Made by a program: the position numbers and the translations under genes
Part shown: in pieces, positions 11,187 to 21,295 of the stretch
Position numbering within the stretch: the stretch's first letter is position 1
Layout of the letters: every line of letters starts with the position of its first letter
Source of the DNA: Planctomycetales bacterium
GTDB taxonomy: Bacteria; 4484-113
DNA: 64,000 bases
Direction of reading: 5' to 3'
Assembly: GCA_037441675.1 (NCBI GenBank)
Contig: JBBIRS010000009.1
Location: forward strand, 1-64,000
Notes under the pieces: generated by a model
Seen by the model: only the letters and a program-made list of their open reading frames with translations
What the model was told of the DNA's origin: nothing
The model's database searches: none

Positions 11187-11197
11187 GGGGGGAAGGG

Positions 11198-12943
11198 TTA
11201 TACGTCTCTCTTGTAAGAAAGGGCAGCGGCGACTTCACGCTTCACGCCAACCGCTTCCTCGTCGTACTGATCGCCCGGCACGCACGGCGGATACGGAAAC
11301 TTGCAGAAAATCGGCTGGACAAACTTAGCGTGCTTAAGAAGAAATGTTCCACGAGGGATGCTGGTCAGCCTGTTCCTAACGTCAGAATCAAGCCAGTTAT
11401 ACTCCGCAGTCATCAGCTCCGCAGGTCCTGTTCTTCCGTAGATAATAGTGGCAGAGTTGTCAACCACCTGCCTATCAACCTGGCTCATAAACTGTTCAAC
11501 CCCAAAGAGTGAAATCCCAAGGCTTCTTCCACGCGCGCAAATTTCTATTAAGCGCTGCTTGATGGGTGCGCGCACAGTTGGATCACGTGGGGCAAACTTA
11601 TTGAGCTCGTCCACAAAGAATACCACCGTATCAAAGTCCTTCTTTATATTTTTGTCCAGAAGAATGTTATAAACGCGCTTCATAATCTTGTTGAACACCA
11701 TCATCTGCCCGCGGTCATTTAAGGATTGAATGTCTATCACAAAGATACTGCCGTTATGCAAGTCGTGAAGCGGAATATCAACCTCATCCACACCGCCAAC
11801 ACATATAAGACCATCATATAGACCACCAAGCGCGTCTAGGTTCTTAGCAGTTTTGTAAAACACCTGCTTCTCGTGTCCATGCCAATGGGTGACGTTTGCG
11901 TTGGCGAGCACCCGTCTTTCCTCATACAAATACTCAAGAAGCTCGTCATAGGTCTTAATCGGCTGTCTTTCAATCTGATCCCGAATGTCTACCCATACCG
12001 CCTCAACCGCCTCGTCCCACTCATCCTCGGAAAAGAGAGTGGGAATATCATCAACAATTTCGCCGAGTTCCCAGATGAAATGCTCCACCTTGCCATCCCT
12101 ACGGAAGCTCTTGGTGTGACCCTCATACTTTCTGTCATACGGCGCAAATATACGAACATTCTCAAATGGCTCTAGTGATACACCCAACTTTTCGTACATC
12201 TTTCTACACTTTTGCGTATAGCTGTCATCCTCATCGTACTGCGGGTTTGGTTTATCTAGGTAAAGTAAATCTTTACCCTTAACGTTAAAGAAAATTGCAG
12301 CCGCTCGTCTTCTTTGGCTTTTGGTCATAGTATCAAGCATTGACTTAAGCAGAAATTCCACAAGAGAGGTTTTCGTGGCGAGACCGGAAATTCCACTCAT
12401 ATTAAGGTGGCTACCCTCTGGACCGACGAGAAACTCTTCGTCAAGGAAAATGGGAATCAGCGAGCCATCGCCGTTTTCCATAACCCCGATAGGAACACCC
12501 TGACCCTTCTCCGCATAATCAAGCATTCCAAGACTCCAGGCAACACCCTCCTCAGAAGCGTAATAAACAACCGCCCTTCCAATTGGTCGCACCCTTTCGG
12601 TTGTGGACTTAATGATGTTGCACTTAGCTACAATCATCTCAGCTGCATCAGATGGTGGAAGAATATGAGGATCGCCAAAGTTATGGGAAATATAGTCTGA
12701 GAGAAAGCTCTCCACATCCATAATCGTTCTAAGTTCGGTCACAAAGCCAAATGTTACATGCCCATTATCTCCAACAGCGGCAACGATGTTTCCCAACTCT
12801 AGAGAATCTACTCCCTCGGCAATCCAGAAGTGAAAATCGGTTGCGGTATTTAGCTGTTCCTTCGTGGATGTTGATTTTCCTATGGGACCATAATCAAAAT
12901 TCACATACTGAGGAAACTTACATAAACTTCTTACATCTTCCAT
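11198..12943 (-). CDS. herA: HerA/FtsK-family ATPase (HAS barrel + DUF87-type)
   Basis: N-terminal beta barrel; Walker A variant SGISGLATKTS; Walker B FFVDELNKFAP; RGRSLG; GVEQ. Confidence 0.85.
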   Translation of the reverse strand: MEDVRSLCKFPQYVNFDYGPIGKSTSTKEQLNTATDFHFWIAEGVDSLELGNIVAAVGDNGHVTFGFVTELRTIMDVESFLSDYISHNFGDPHILPPSDAAEMIVAKCNIIKSTTERVRPIGRAVVYYASEEGVAWSLGMLDYAEKGQGVPIGVMENGDGSLIPIFLDEEFLVGPEGSHLNMSGISGLATKTSLVEFLLKSMLDTMTKSQRRRAAAIFFNVKGKDLLYLDKPNPQYDEDDSYTQKCRKMYEKLGVSLEPFENVRIFAPYDRKYEGHTKSFRRDGKVEHFIWELGEIVDDIPTLFSEDEWDEAVEAVWVDIRDQIERQPIKTYDELLEYLYEERRVLANANVTHWHGHEKQVFYKTAKNLDALGGLYDGLICVGGVDEVDIPLHDLHNGSIFVIDIQSLNDRGQMMVFNKIMKRVYNILLDKNIKKDFDTVVFFVDELNKFAPRDPTVRAPIKQRLIEICARGRSLGISLFGVEQFMSQVDRQVVDNSATIIYGRTGPAELMTAEYNWLDSDVRNRLTSIPRGTFLLKHAKFVQPIFCKFPYPPCVPGDQYDEEAVGVKREVAAALSYKRDV

Positions 12944-13033
12944 AGATATCTCCTATGAATAACTTATTCTCTATTTGCTCACTTACTTTTCTTATGAGCC
13001 ATATATCAATTTACCCTTGAAAGTTGAAAATCG

Positions 13034-14080
13034 TCAAGCGAACCTGAAGTATGCTCTTATAGTTTCTCGTGTTGGGAACAGACTCTCAACGTACTGCTCC
13101 GCCAACTTATGCGGAAAGATTAGCTTGTCCCAATCAGTCGCTGGGTATGTAACCGGCAGGCGCTCCCGCGCTATGGCTTCCGAAAGTTCATTTGCCTTAG
13201 AGATTGCCTCATTGTCGCTCTTTGCAACTATCTCAATTCTAACTAATCCAAATTCGGGAGATTGCCCATATGGATCCCTTAACCTGAGGAACCAAGAGTA
13301 TTTAACGCTCTCCGGGTTAGAAGGCTCTTCAATCTTCATTACCACACCACGTTTGTAAGCATCTAGGGAAAGAAATATCGGTAAATTCTCCCTGCCCTTA
13401 AAGGGAACGTAGGTCATCTTCACAAATCCAGCGACCTCATATGTTAAGCGCAAATTACTCACCGCAAGAATGGTATCATTAATCAGAAGAAGGTTCCCCT
13501 TCCCACCGTTCACAAAGTTCCACTGTTGAATTAGTTCACTTCGTAAGTCCCACTTTTTTGTCCGAGCAAAGTTCACCGCAGCTATGCGCAACTGAGTGTA
13601 ATCCAAGTCCACTCCGCCACTGTCAAAGAAGGGAACAGACGCATCCTGTCCATAGGCATTGATTAGTTCCTCCGAATCTGCGAGAAACTTTTTGGGTGCG
13701 AGAATACACTCCAACGTTTTGGGTTTCTCCCAAACCCTGAATCGCCTTCCCTGCCTTTCAAGGATTAACGCGCCAATAATACAGTAGTGTGCCGGTATCT
13801 CATAGCCATCATAGAGGAAGTGGCCGACGAGTTGCGTTCTCTGAACGCTTGCCTCAAAAAAGTTCAGATTAATTGAAGAATCTTCCCTCAAGTTGCCGAA
13901 AATCCTATCAGGAGCCTTATCCTCTATTACTTCTACGTGGTATCGGTCAAATCCTTCCCGAAGTCTATACTGCTCCTCCTCCAGTTTATCAACCGTTGAT
14001 ATCCGAGCGCCAATACGCCTTAAAAAATTAAAAACGCTCTCTAGGTTTCTCTTCTCAGTTGCTGTTCTTGTTGTGTCCAC
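13034..14080 (-). CDS. NurA-like nuclease-fold protein, possibly inactive
   Basis: Directly upstream of herA; GFVK, YSWFLRLRD, FGLVRIE and WDKLIFP..AE resemble bacterial NurA; DG motifs are degenerate. Confidence 0.65.
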   Translation of the reverse strand: MDTTRTATEKRNLESVFNFLRRIGARISTVDKLEEEQYRLREGFDRYHVEVIEDKAPDRIFGNLREDSSINLNFFEASVQRTQLVGHFLYDGYEIPAHYCIIGALILERQGRRFRVWEKPKTLECILAPKKFLADSEELINAYGQDASVPFFDSGGVDLDYTQLRIAAVNFARTKKWDLRSELIQQWNFVNGGKGNLLLINDTILAVSNLRLTYEVAGFVKMTYVPFKGRENLPIFLSLDAYKRGVVMKIEEPSNPESVKYSWFLRLRDPYGQSPEFGLVRIEIVAKSDNEAISKANELSEAIARERLPVTYPATDWDKLIFPHKLAEQYVESLFPTRETIRAYFRFA

Positions 14081-14098
14081 GATAGCAAGTGATACCTT

Positions 14099-14407
14099 TT
14101 AGCCATTTGGTGTATAAAAATCAAGGTGAAGAAGTTCACCCGTCACAACGTCCACCTGCACATCTTTAATATAAGCCTGCAGTTTTTTCTTATCCAGATT
14201 CACAATGACTGCATCCTCGGGCAAGACCGCGTTCAAGAGTTTCTGGGCTTCTGTGCGCAAAAGCGTTATGTGTATTGGGTCGCCAAGTTTGGGACCATAT
14301 ACAACCGCAGGCAACATCCCAGCGCGCCTAAGCTTCCCCATTTTCTCCTTCCCGAACTCCAACCGTATCTTCGCGTTTATTTCCATCGTACCCATATCAC
14401 ATTCCAA
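14099..14407 (-). CDS. rplY: 50S ribosomal protein L25, short form without the CTC extension (start probably 14395 or 14386)
   Basis: LRRAGMLPAVVYG; KDVQVDVV..LLHLDFY. Confidence 0.92.
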   Translation of the reverse strand: MECDMGTMEINAKIRLEFGKEKMGKLRRAGMLPAVVYGPKLGDPIHITLLRTEAQKLLNAVLPEDAVIVNLDKKKLQAYIKDVQVDVVTGELLHLDFYTPNG

Positions 14408-14550
14408 TATGACTAATTTATCCTGATTATTCTAGCATAATGTCTGCATAAGAAGTTGTAAAAGCAATAAGTCTTTATACGATTTCAGTTGGTATCGTTC
14501 TCTTGACAAATAATTTTAGCCGAATTTTCCTGTAAGTATGACCCTCCGCG

Positions 14551-14768
14551 GAGCGCGAACTAGCATCGCAATAGAATTTTACTGTAGGGCGTCAACTTGC
14601 AAGACGCGGTATTCGGCTGGGTATAAAACCCCTTCAGGGTGAATTCGCCCTTCAGAGGGGGGTGAAAGGACACGCCCGAGGACTGGCGCGATCCAGCGTG
14701 AAATTGCGGCGGGGTGCAAGTCCCCTCCCTACAGCAAAAACGGCGACCCACAGGTGGCCGTCCTACAG
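14551..14768. repeat. REP-like palindrome cluster B (GTAG family)
   Basis: CTGTAGGGCGTC-N9-GACGC at 14582; two reverse units ending CCTACAG at 14734 and 14768. Confidence 0.75.
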
Positions 14769-14796
14769 AGATGAGATGAGTTTGTAACGATGATGG

Positions 14797-16026
14797 TTAC
14801 TGTTCTCTTAGGGCGACAATTGGGTCAAGCTCTGCTGCTCTTTTTGCGGGAAAATATGCGGAGGCAACGCCAACAAAGATATTCACGAGAGCGGCAATAA
14901 AAATGCTTGCGGAGGTTACCGCAGGCGGGGGAAAGGTTTCAGGAAGTGGAAGGCTTCGCACAACTCCAACAAGAAAAACGCCAAGGGTTATCCCCATCAG
15001 CCCGCCTGATAGGCAGATAGTTAGCGCCTCCACGATGAACTGCGCCATAATGGATCTTTTAGTCGCACCAATAGCTTTTCTTAAGCCGATCTCGCGTGTT
15101 CGCTCCTGAACCGCAACAAACATCACATTAGCCACGCCAACCGCTCCGACCGCTAAAGTCATTATGCCAATGGCGTAAAAGAGACTGAAGAACATCATAA
15201 AAATTTTGGTTGCGCTACTTCGCCACTCCGCAAAATCACGAACCCTTATCGCATTTTCGTCTTCTGGGTCAAAGCCGTACTTTGACGCAAGTTGTCTTAT
15301 CGCAAAAGCTTTACCCAGCTCATAATCCGTGATGCTCTTCAGCGAAGCGTATATTGTGAGCGAATTTCTCCCACCTGTTACATTCCCAAGGGCTGCTCTA
15401 AAGGATGAGAGCGGAACGTAAATTCTCCAGTCCACGCCTGTTCTTCTAGGCTCAAATATGCCGATTATCGTAAACACTTTTCCAGCTATGAAAATATCCC
15501 TGCCTATTACCTCCTCAGGCGGAAGTTCCTTAAAGAAGGTCTCTTTTGATCTATTGCCAATCACCGCAACTTTTCGCTCGTATTCATAGTCAATTTCGTT
15601 AAAGAACCTACCGTGCTCTGGCTCAAGAGCCATTAACTTCGCAACTTTTGGCATACCAGCAACAACACCAAACCACTCCTTCTGATCTTCCACTTGAACT
15701 TCACGATAGGATTGGATCTCAGCAGAGGCTAGCTCCACGTAAGGATTCTCTCTCTCCAGAAAACTTGCATCATCCTCGTCAGGGATCAAGGGGTATCTTG
15801 TGCCGTTTTTCTCATAGCTATTTGAATATTCCAAAACCAACATATTCATTCCGAAGCTCTTCCACCTTCTAAGGTTATCCTGATAAAAGCCGGTGACGAG
15901 AGCAATTAGGATAATTACGGTTGCAATGCCCCAGACAATCCCAAGCATTGAAAGGGCACTTCTAACGCGATGGATAGAAAGATTCTGTATGGAAATAACA
16001 AAAGTCCTGTACAATCGGGCGTGCAT
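14797..16026 (-). CDS. ABC transporter permease, MacB/FtsX family
   Basis: LSMLGIVWGIA; GVANVMFVAVQERTREIGLRKAIGA; AAELDPIVALR. Confidence 0.93.
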   Translation of the reverse strand: MHARLYRTFVISIQNLSIHRVRSALSMLGIVWGIATVIILIALVTGFYQDNLRRWKSFGMNMLVLEYSNSYEKNGTRYPLIPDEDDASFLERENPYVELASAEIQSYREVQVEDQKEWFGVVAGMPKVAKLMALEPEHGRFFNEIDYEYERKVAVIGNRSKETFFKELPPEEVIGRDIFIAGKVFTIIGIFEPRRTGVDWRIYVPLSSFRAALGNVTGGRNSLTIYASLKSITDYELGKAFAIRQLASKYGFDPEDENAIRVRDFAEWRSSATKIFMMFFSLFYAIGIMTLAVGAVGVANVMFVAVQERTREIGLRKAIGATKRSIMAQFIVEALTICLSGGLMGITLGVFLVGVVRSLPLPETFPPPAVTSASIFIAALVNIFVGVASAYFPAKRAAELDPIVALREQ

Positions 16027-16030
16027 AAGG

Positions 16031-17251
16031 CTATTCGCTCCTCAGCGCAAGAATTGGATCCAAAGAAGCGGCGACATAGGCAGGATAAGCTCCTGCGATA
16101 GCTCCCACCAGAATGTTTACTATAAGCGCCGAATAAATAGTTGGGATTGTTACTATTGGTGTTGGAAATCCTTCTGGCATTGGTATCTGCCTTAAGATTC
16201 CAACCACAAAAGTACCAAAGACAATTCCTATGAGACCACCTATCATCATTAGTAAAAGTGCTTCCGCTAGGAATTGCGCAGTGATACTAAAAATCGTGGC
16301 ACCAATTGCCTTTCTTAAACCAATTTCTCTAACCCTTTCCCTTACGTTAACGAGCATTATATTCATTACGCCAACCGCCCCAATTGCTAGAGTTATCAGC
16401 CCGATTAGATAGGTTATCAAGAAGAGAATTATAAGCATTTTGTTAGCTTCTGCCCTGCGTTCTTGGAAGTCCCTGAACCTTATCGCCATATCATCGTCCG
16501 CTTCAAAACCGTGCCTGGCGGAAAGCATACTTCTTATCTCTTCGCGAGTCTTTTCATAAGAGCTTTGCTGTTTCAGTTTGGCGTAGATGACCCTATTGCC
16601 CCATCCACCGCCATGACCCAATTGGGCAAGTGAATTTTTGTAAGTTGATATAGGCATAATAACAGCCCAGTCACTAAAACCCGCCCGCTCAGCTAATATG
16701 CCAACAATTTGGAAGTGCTTGCCTGATATCGCAATTAAACTACCTAAAACTGGCTTGCCACTTTCACCAAAGAACTCTTCTTTTACCCGCGCGCCGATTA
16801 CTATAACCTTGCTTGAATTTTCCTCGTCAACCAGGGTTATAAATCTTCCAGCCTCCAATATGTAACCGCGAATATCCTTCATCTCTGGGGTTGTAGCGTT
16901 TATACCAAACCACTCTTTCTTGTCTCCAACCTGCATTTCTCTCCATTCCTCCAGTTGTGGCGCGGAGAACTCAATTTCAGGATGATTCGCCTGAATGAAT
17001 TTGGCGTCCTCCTCGTCAAAGGTGAGCGGATACCTAGTACCTTCCTTTATGTAGAAGCGGGAGTACTCCATCACGAGTAGGTCTATTCCCATATCCTGAA
17101 ACATCTTCTCATTTGAAATGCGGAAGCCGTTAATCACTGCTACCAGAATAATTACGGTCGCAATACCCCAAACGACGCCAAACATTGTGAGCACAGCTCT
17201 AAGACGATTCGCGGAAAGACCTCTAAGAGCAATATTAAGCAGTTGATTCAT
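16031..17251 (-). CDS. ABC transporter permease, MacB/FtsX family (paralog)
   Basis: LTMFGVVWGIA; GVMNIMLVNVRERVREIGLRKAIGA; LDPILALRSE. Confidence 0.93.
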   Translation of the reverse strand: MNQLLNIALRGLSANRLRAVLTMFGVVWGIATVIILVAVINGFRISNEKMFQDMGIDLLVMEYSRFYIKEGTRYPLTFDEEDAKFIQANHPEIEFSAPQLEEWREMQVGDKKEWFGINATTPEMKDIRGYILEAGRFITLVDEENSSKVIVIGARVKEEFFGESGKPVLGSLIAISGKHFQIVGILAERAGFSDWAVIMPISTYKNSLAQLGHGGGWGNRVIYAKLKQQSSYEKTREEIRSMLSARHGFEADDDMAIRFRDFQERRAEANKMLIILFLITYLIGLITLAIGAVGVMNIMLVNVRERVREIGLRKAIGATIFSITAQFLAEALLLMMIGGLIGIVFGTFVVGILRQIPMPEGFPTPIVTIPTIYSALIVNILVGAIAGAYPAYVAASLDPILALRSE

Positions 17252-17260
17252 TTAAGAATA

Positions 17261-18589
17261 CTAACGACCAATTCTAACCACTCTGCCTCCGCCCCTGCCT
17301 CCACGGAAAGCGCTTCTCATCTGGGATGGTTTTTCCTCCTCCATCGCCTCCGCCACTACTTTGTCACCTTCCGACAATCCTTTTTTAATCTCCACATTCT
17401 TTCCGTCCGATATACCTATCTCAACTTCAACCTCTTCCGTTTTCTTCCCTGAGATTACCTTTTTCACCACTGGCTTACCTTCCTTGGTTGTCACTGCGAA
17501 TACAGGCAGGCTTAGGACTTGTTCAGCTCTACCTACGATAATCTCACCCTTCGCGGTTGAACCAAAACGAGGCTCGCCTATATCCTCCGTTAAAATCATC
17601 TCAATATCAAACATAACTACTCCGTTTTCATTGGGCTCGCCGAAGTGGGATATGCGGGTGATTTCCCCTTTAACTTTCTCATCTTTTATAAACGAGAGCT
17701 CAAAGCTTACCGGCATTCCCTCCTTCAAAATCCCAATTAAATCTTCACCGATTTGAGACTTCACAAGAACGCCAGTCGTGTCTCCAACAATCATAATAAC
17801 GTTTCCCTCCCTACCTTCAACTGCTGGGATAACCATATCGCCGGGTTCAAGTTGAATGGAGAGAACTTTGCCTTCAACCTCGGAACGGATGACTGCGTTT
17901 TCCAAATCTTCCTTAGCAATTTCAAGCTCCAGTTGGGCGCGCTTTAATTCAGCTTCAGCAATCTTGACATCCTCTGGCGCTGCGGTGGCTTTAGCGTATT
18001 CAAGCCTTTTTTGTGCGTCCTCATAGGCAGACTTTGCACGCTCTACCCTTCCCTTCGCATCCTCGTACTCCTGGTCAGATGAGTATCCCTTTTGATATAG
18101 CGTTTCGATGCGGGACAGATTTTCCATCGCAAGATCTACTTCAACTTTCGCATCCTTGAGGGCACGCTCAAGGGTGCTTATCTGTTCTCTCGTCCCGCCC
18201 TTTTTCGCCTTCTCATACTGCGCTCGAGCAAGTTCCATCCTTGATTGTGCTAACTTGTATGCCTTCTTAAGATCAACATCATCAATGACAGCTAAGATGC
18301 TTCCCTTCTTAACCTCGTTACCCTCCTTGACGCGCACCTCCTTCAATATTCCACCTACCTTTGCCTTAACTTCCACCTGACTCTTGGCGGTAACGGTTCC
18401 TACAACCGTTTCCGTGCGAATGATATTTTTGCGCTCAACGGTGTAGGTTCTCTCCTCAGCCGCTTTCTTGCTGTTATTTGTTGTGTTTGCCTTTATGCCA
18501 AAGACAAGAGCTCCAGCTAATATTAAGAGAGTGAGGATAATACCTTTAGCCCGCCATAGAAAGCTAAAAAATTTCAAAATCGCCACCAT
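17261..18589 (-). CDS. Efflux periplasmic adaptor subunit (MacA/HlyD-like)
   Basis: N-terminal TM; lipoyl-like halves flanking a long helical hairpin; GISDG..VEI..GL..GD. Confidence 0.9.
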   Translation of the reverse strand: MVAILKFFSFLWRAKGIILTLLILAGALVFGIKANTTNNSKKAAEERTYTVERKNIIRTETVVGTVTAKSQVEVKAKVGGILKEVRVKEGNEVKKGSILAVIDDVDLKKAYKLAQSRMELARAQYEKAKKGGTREQISTLERALKDAKVEVDLAMENLSRIETLYQKGYSSDQEYEDAKGRVERAKSAYEDAQKRLEYAKATAAPEDVKIAEAELKRAQLELEIAKEDLENAVIRSEVEGKVLSIQLEPGDMVIPAVEGREGNVIMIVGDTTGVLVKSQIGEDLIGILKEGMPVSFELSFIKDEKVKGEITRISHFGEPNENGVVMFDIEMILTEDIGEPRFGSTAKGEIIVGRAEQVLSLPVFAVTTKEGKPVVKKVISGKKTEEVEVEIGISDGKNVEIKKGLSEGDKVVAEAMEEEKPSQMRSAFRGGRGGGRVVRIGR

Positions 18590-18681
18590 AGAAGTTCCAC
18601 AGCTTTAATTTTCCTTTTACCTATTTTACCACCAGAAAATTGAAAAGTGGCTTATCAATGAGGCGCAAAGTAGAGAAATGG

Positions 18682-18892
18682 TTGTAGGGCGGCAAGCTTG
18701 TACAAAAATTTGGATACGAGCGCCCTTGCCCGCGGCATTACCCACCGCGGGGACGCCGTGTGCTCTAGAATTGATAGACTGTAGGGAGGGTTTTATAACC
18801 CGCCGAATTTTGGCGTCATACAAGTTGATGCCCCCCCGAATGCAGGCAAGCCTACAGGGAATTTCGGCACAATACGGGTTCGCGCCCTACAG
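18682..18892. repeat. REP-like palindrome cluster C (GTAG family)
   Basis: TTGTAGGGCG at 18682; CTGTAGGGAGGGTTTTATAACCCGCCG at 18779; reverse units ending CCTACAG at 18857 and 18892. Confidence 0.75.
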
Positions 18893-18905
18893 GGGACCTT
18901 CCCCG

Positions 18906-19688
18906 TCACTTCCCCTTAAAGGTTGCGCTTCTCTTCTCCATAAAAGCTTTCGTTCCTTCCTTCATATCTTCAGTGGCGCAGGTTTCACCAAAGAGTTTCG
19001 CTTCAAGCAATTTGGCTTCTTCCAGCGGAAGATCAAGTCCTTCATTAATAGCACGAATAGCTGTGGATACAGCGAGAGGTCCCATTGAAATAATGGTGCG
19101 GGCTAACTCCTCCGCCTTAGCTAAAAGCTCCTCCGCAGGATAAACCTCGTCCACCAGCCCGAAACAACGCGCATCCTTAGCTGAAATTATGCATCCGCTA
19201 AGAATCATATGCATTGCCTTGCCCTTTCCCACCAGGCGCGGAAGCCTAACTGTTCCACCGTAGCCTGGTATTATTCCGAGCTTTACCTCAGTCTGACCGA
19301 ATTTGGCGTTTTCAGAAGCTAGCCTGATATGACATGCCATCGCTAGCTCACATCCACCACCTAGAGCGAATCCATTCACTGCGGCAATAACTGGCTTTGG
19401 CATACTCTCAATCATAGAGAAAATCTCGTGTCCATTGAGGCTGAACTTTTCTCCCGTCTCCGCATCAAGCTCGTGTACCTCCGAAATATCCGCGCCTGCG
19501 ACAAACGCTTTTTCACCCGCGCCGGTGAGAATTATCGCTTTGACCTCTTGATTCTCCCTTAAATGCTGAAAAGCCTGCTTTAGTTCAGCCATTGTTTCAT
19601 TGTTCAGGGCGTTTAGCTTGTCCGGCCTATTTATGGTTAGAAAGGCAATGGCATCTTTTATCTCTAGAAGTAAGTTTGTAAATTGCAT
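18906..19688 (-). CDS. crt: Enoyl-CoA hydratase (crotonase)
   Basis: NRPDKLNALN; AFVAGADI; NGFALGGGCELA; EVKLGIIPGYGGT. Confidence 0.9.
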   Translation of the reverse strand: MQFTNLLLEIKDAIAFLTINRPDKLNALNNETMAELKQAFQHLRENQEVKAIILTGAGEKAFVAGADISEVHELDAETGEKFSLNGHEIFSMIESMPKPVIAAVNGFALGGGCELAMACHIRLASENAKFGQTEVKLGIIPGYGGTVRLPRLVGKGKAMHMILSGCIISAKDARCFGLVDEVYPAEELLAKAEELARTIISMGPLAVSTAIRAINEGLDLPLEEAKLLEAKLFGETCATEDMKEGTKAFMEKRSATFKGK

Positions 19689-19887
19689 CTTTTACCTCCT
19701 AAAAATGAAGTTCTATTTAGAATTAAAAGCCACTTCAGGCGTCATATACAATTATAGACCAATGGTAACGAGGCTCAATAAGTAATGTTTCAAGTAGATA
19801 AAATTTGGCTACCAGGCTTTACTGGCTATATAAAATATGACCTTATCGCGATGGTGATTTTCTAGGAGAATGAGATAAAATTACCCT

Positions 19888-20523
19888 ATGACTATTTTGA
19901 GATATTTTCTAGTTTTTACTTGGTCACTATTGACAGCGCTTATAGTTCTCATTTCAGGAGATTCTGCTGACGCAAGCAGTTGTTGTGAGAATAAGGGGCA
20001 AGGCTCTAAAGAGAAGGTTGAATTTAGCCCAGGCGCAGAAGTGACAATTCTGCTCCGAGCAATTATGCCTGAAGAATACGAGCTTGCGGGGGAGCCTTCA
20101 CTTCTAATCACCCTAAACGAAGAAAAGCTGAAAAAGCTAGGATTATCAGCATCTGAGCTTGAATACATTTTCAACGATAAGGAGCTTATCTGGGATGTTC
20201 CGAAGGATTTTCAAGATAATGAAGCTTTGCCAGAGGACTACATCGAAAAAATCCGCAAGGAGAATCATTTTTTGAATGGTGAAGGATGGGAGCCTGCAAA
20301 GATTGAATTTACGATATCCGAGGAAGTGCCTGAACCACAAATAGAGCTTCCCATAAACTTAACAATATTTTTCTGCAGTAAAGAAGAAGGATACTGCACG
20401 CGAAGAGATATTACAAGAAGCATTAGCTTGCAAGTGGGCAAGAGTCCTGCATCAAGAAAATCGGGGATAGTCCTAATAGAAATTGAGCCGTCCTCTGAGG
20501 AACTGAAATTTGAGGAGGGTTAA
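19888..20523 (+). CDS. Exported hypothetical protein with a CxxxxxxC motif
   Basis: Signal/TM segment; FFCSKEEGYC resembles DsbD-N-like or NHL-thioredoxin C-terminal domains. Confidence 0.5.
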   Translation: MTILRYFLVFTWSLLTALIVLISGDSADASSCCENKGQGSKEKVEFSPGAEVTILLRAIMPEEYELAGEPSLLITLNEEKLKKLGLSASELEYIFNDKELIWDVPKDFQDNEALPEDYIEKIRKENHFLNGEGWEPAKIEFTISEEVPEPQIELPINLTIFFCSKEEGYCTRRDITRSISLQVGKSPASRKSGIVLIEIEPSSEELKFEEG

Positions 20524-20586
20524 TAAACTCTTCTTATCCACATAAATCTTTGAGGTGAGGGCACTCAATCCCAAACTCAATGCGCA

Positions 20587-21285
20587 CTAGCGATAGAGAT
20601 ACGAAAGCTTGTTATGGTCTAGAGTGACTTTACCATCATCAAGAGCGATAGTTCGGGTGGTAAGCGAGGTTATTTGCTCGTTATGGGTGACAATTATCAC
20701 CAATCTGTTATCTCCGGCAAGTTTTGATAAGAGAGCAATGACCGATAGCGCGTTAACGCTATCCAGATTTCCTGTTGGCTCATCCGCCAGGACAATTGGC
20801 GGATTGTTAACGATTGCGCGGGCTATAGCAACCCTTTGCTGTTCACCAGCTGACAGAGCTCCAGGTAGCCTCTTAGCCTTATCAATCATTCCAACGCTCT
20901 CAAGGGCTTTTTCTGCAAGCGCCTTTCGCCGAACGCCATTTCCCTTAGCTATGGCTAGGGGTAGCATCACGTTCTCTAAAGCGGTCAAATAAGGCAGAAG
21001 GTTAAAAGACTGAAAAACGAAGCCTACGTACTCACGCCTGAAATTTGCTAGGCTTTCTGCGTCCATTTCTGTTAACTCCATACCGTCAACCTTGACCTTT
21101 CCAGTTGTTGGATGGATTAGCGCACCTAGAATGGATAAAAGCGTACTTTTACCTGCACCGGAAGGACCGATGATGGCTGCAAACTCTGAACGTTCAAAGG
21201 ATAAACTCACGTTACTCAGCGCGGCTATCTTTCTATCACCATCCACAAATTCTCTGCCGACATCGTCAAGTTCAACAAATGGCAT
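20587..21285 (-). CDS. ABC transporter ATP-binding protein (LolD/MacB-like)
   Basis: [36 protein letters not shown]. Confidence 0.94.
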   Translation of the reverse strand: MPFVELDDVGREFVDGDRKIAALSNVSLSFERSEFAAIIGPSGAGKSTLLSILGALIHPTTGKVKVDGMELTEMDAESLANFRREYVGFVFQSFNLLPYLTALENVMLPLAIAKGNGVRRKALAEKALESVGMIDKAKRLPGALSAGEQQRVAIARAIVNNPPIVLADEPTGNLDSVNALSVIALLSKLAGDNRLVIIVTHNEQITSLTTRTIALDDGKVTLDHNKLSYLYR

Positions 21286-21295
21286 AAATTTACTC

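Noticed and set aside
14700..14740. tRNA-like T-arm GGGGTGCAAGTCCCC
   Set aside because: No cloverleaf; it is explained as a reverse REP unit.
14551..18892. CRISPR array in the palindromic intergenic regions
   Set aside because: No identical repeats with regular spacers, and no cas genes.
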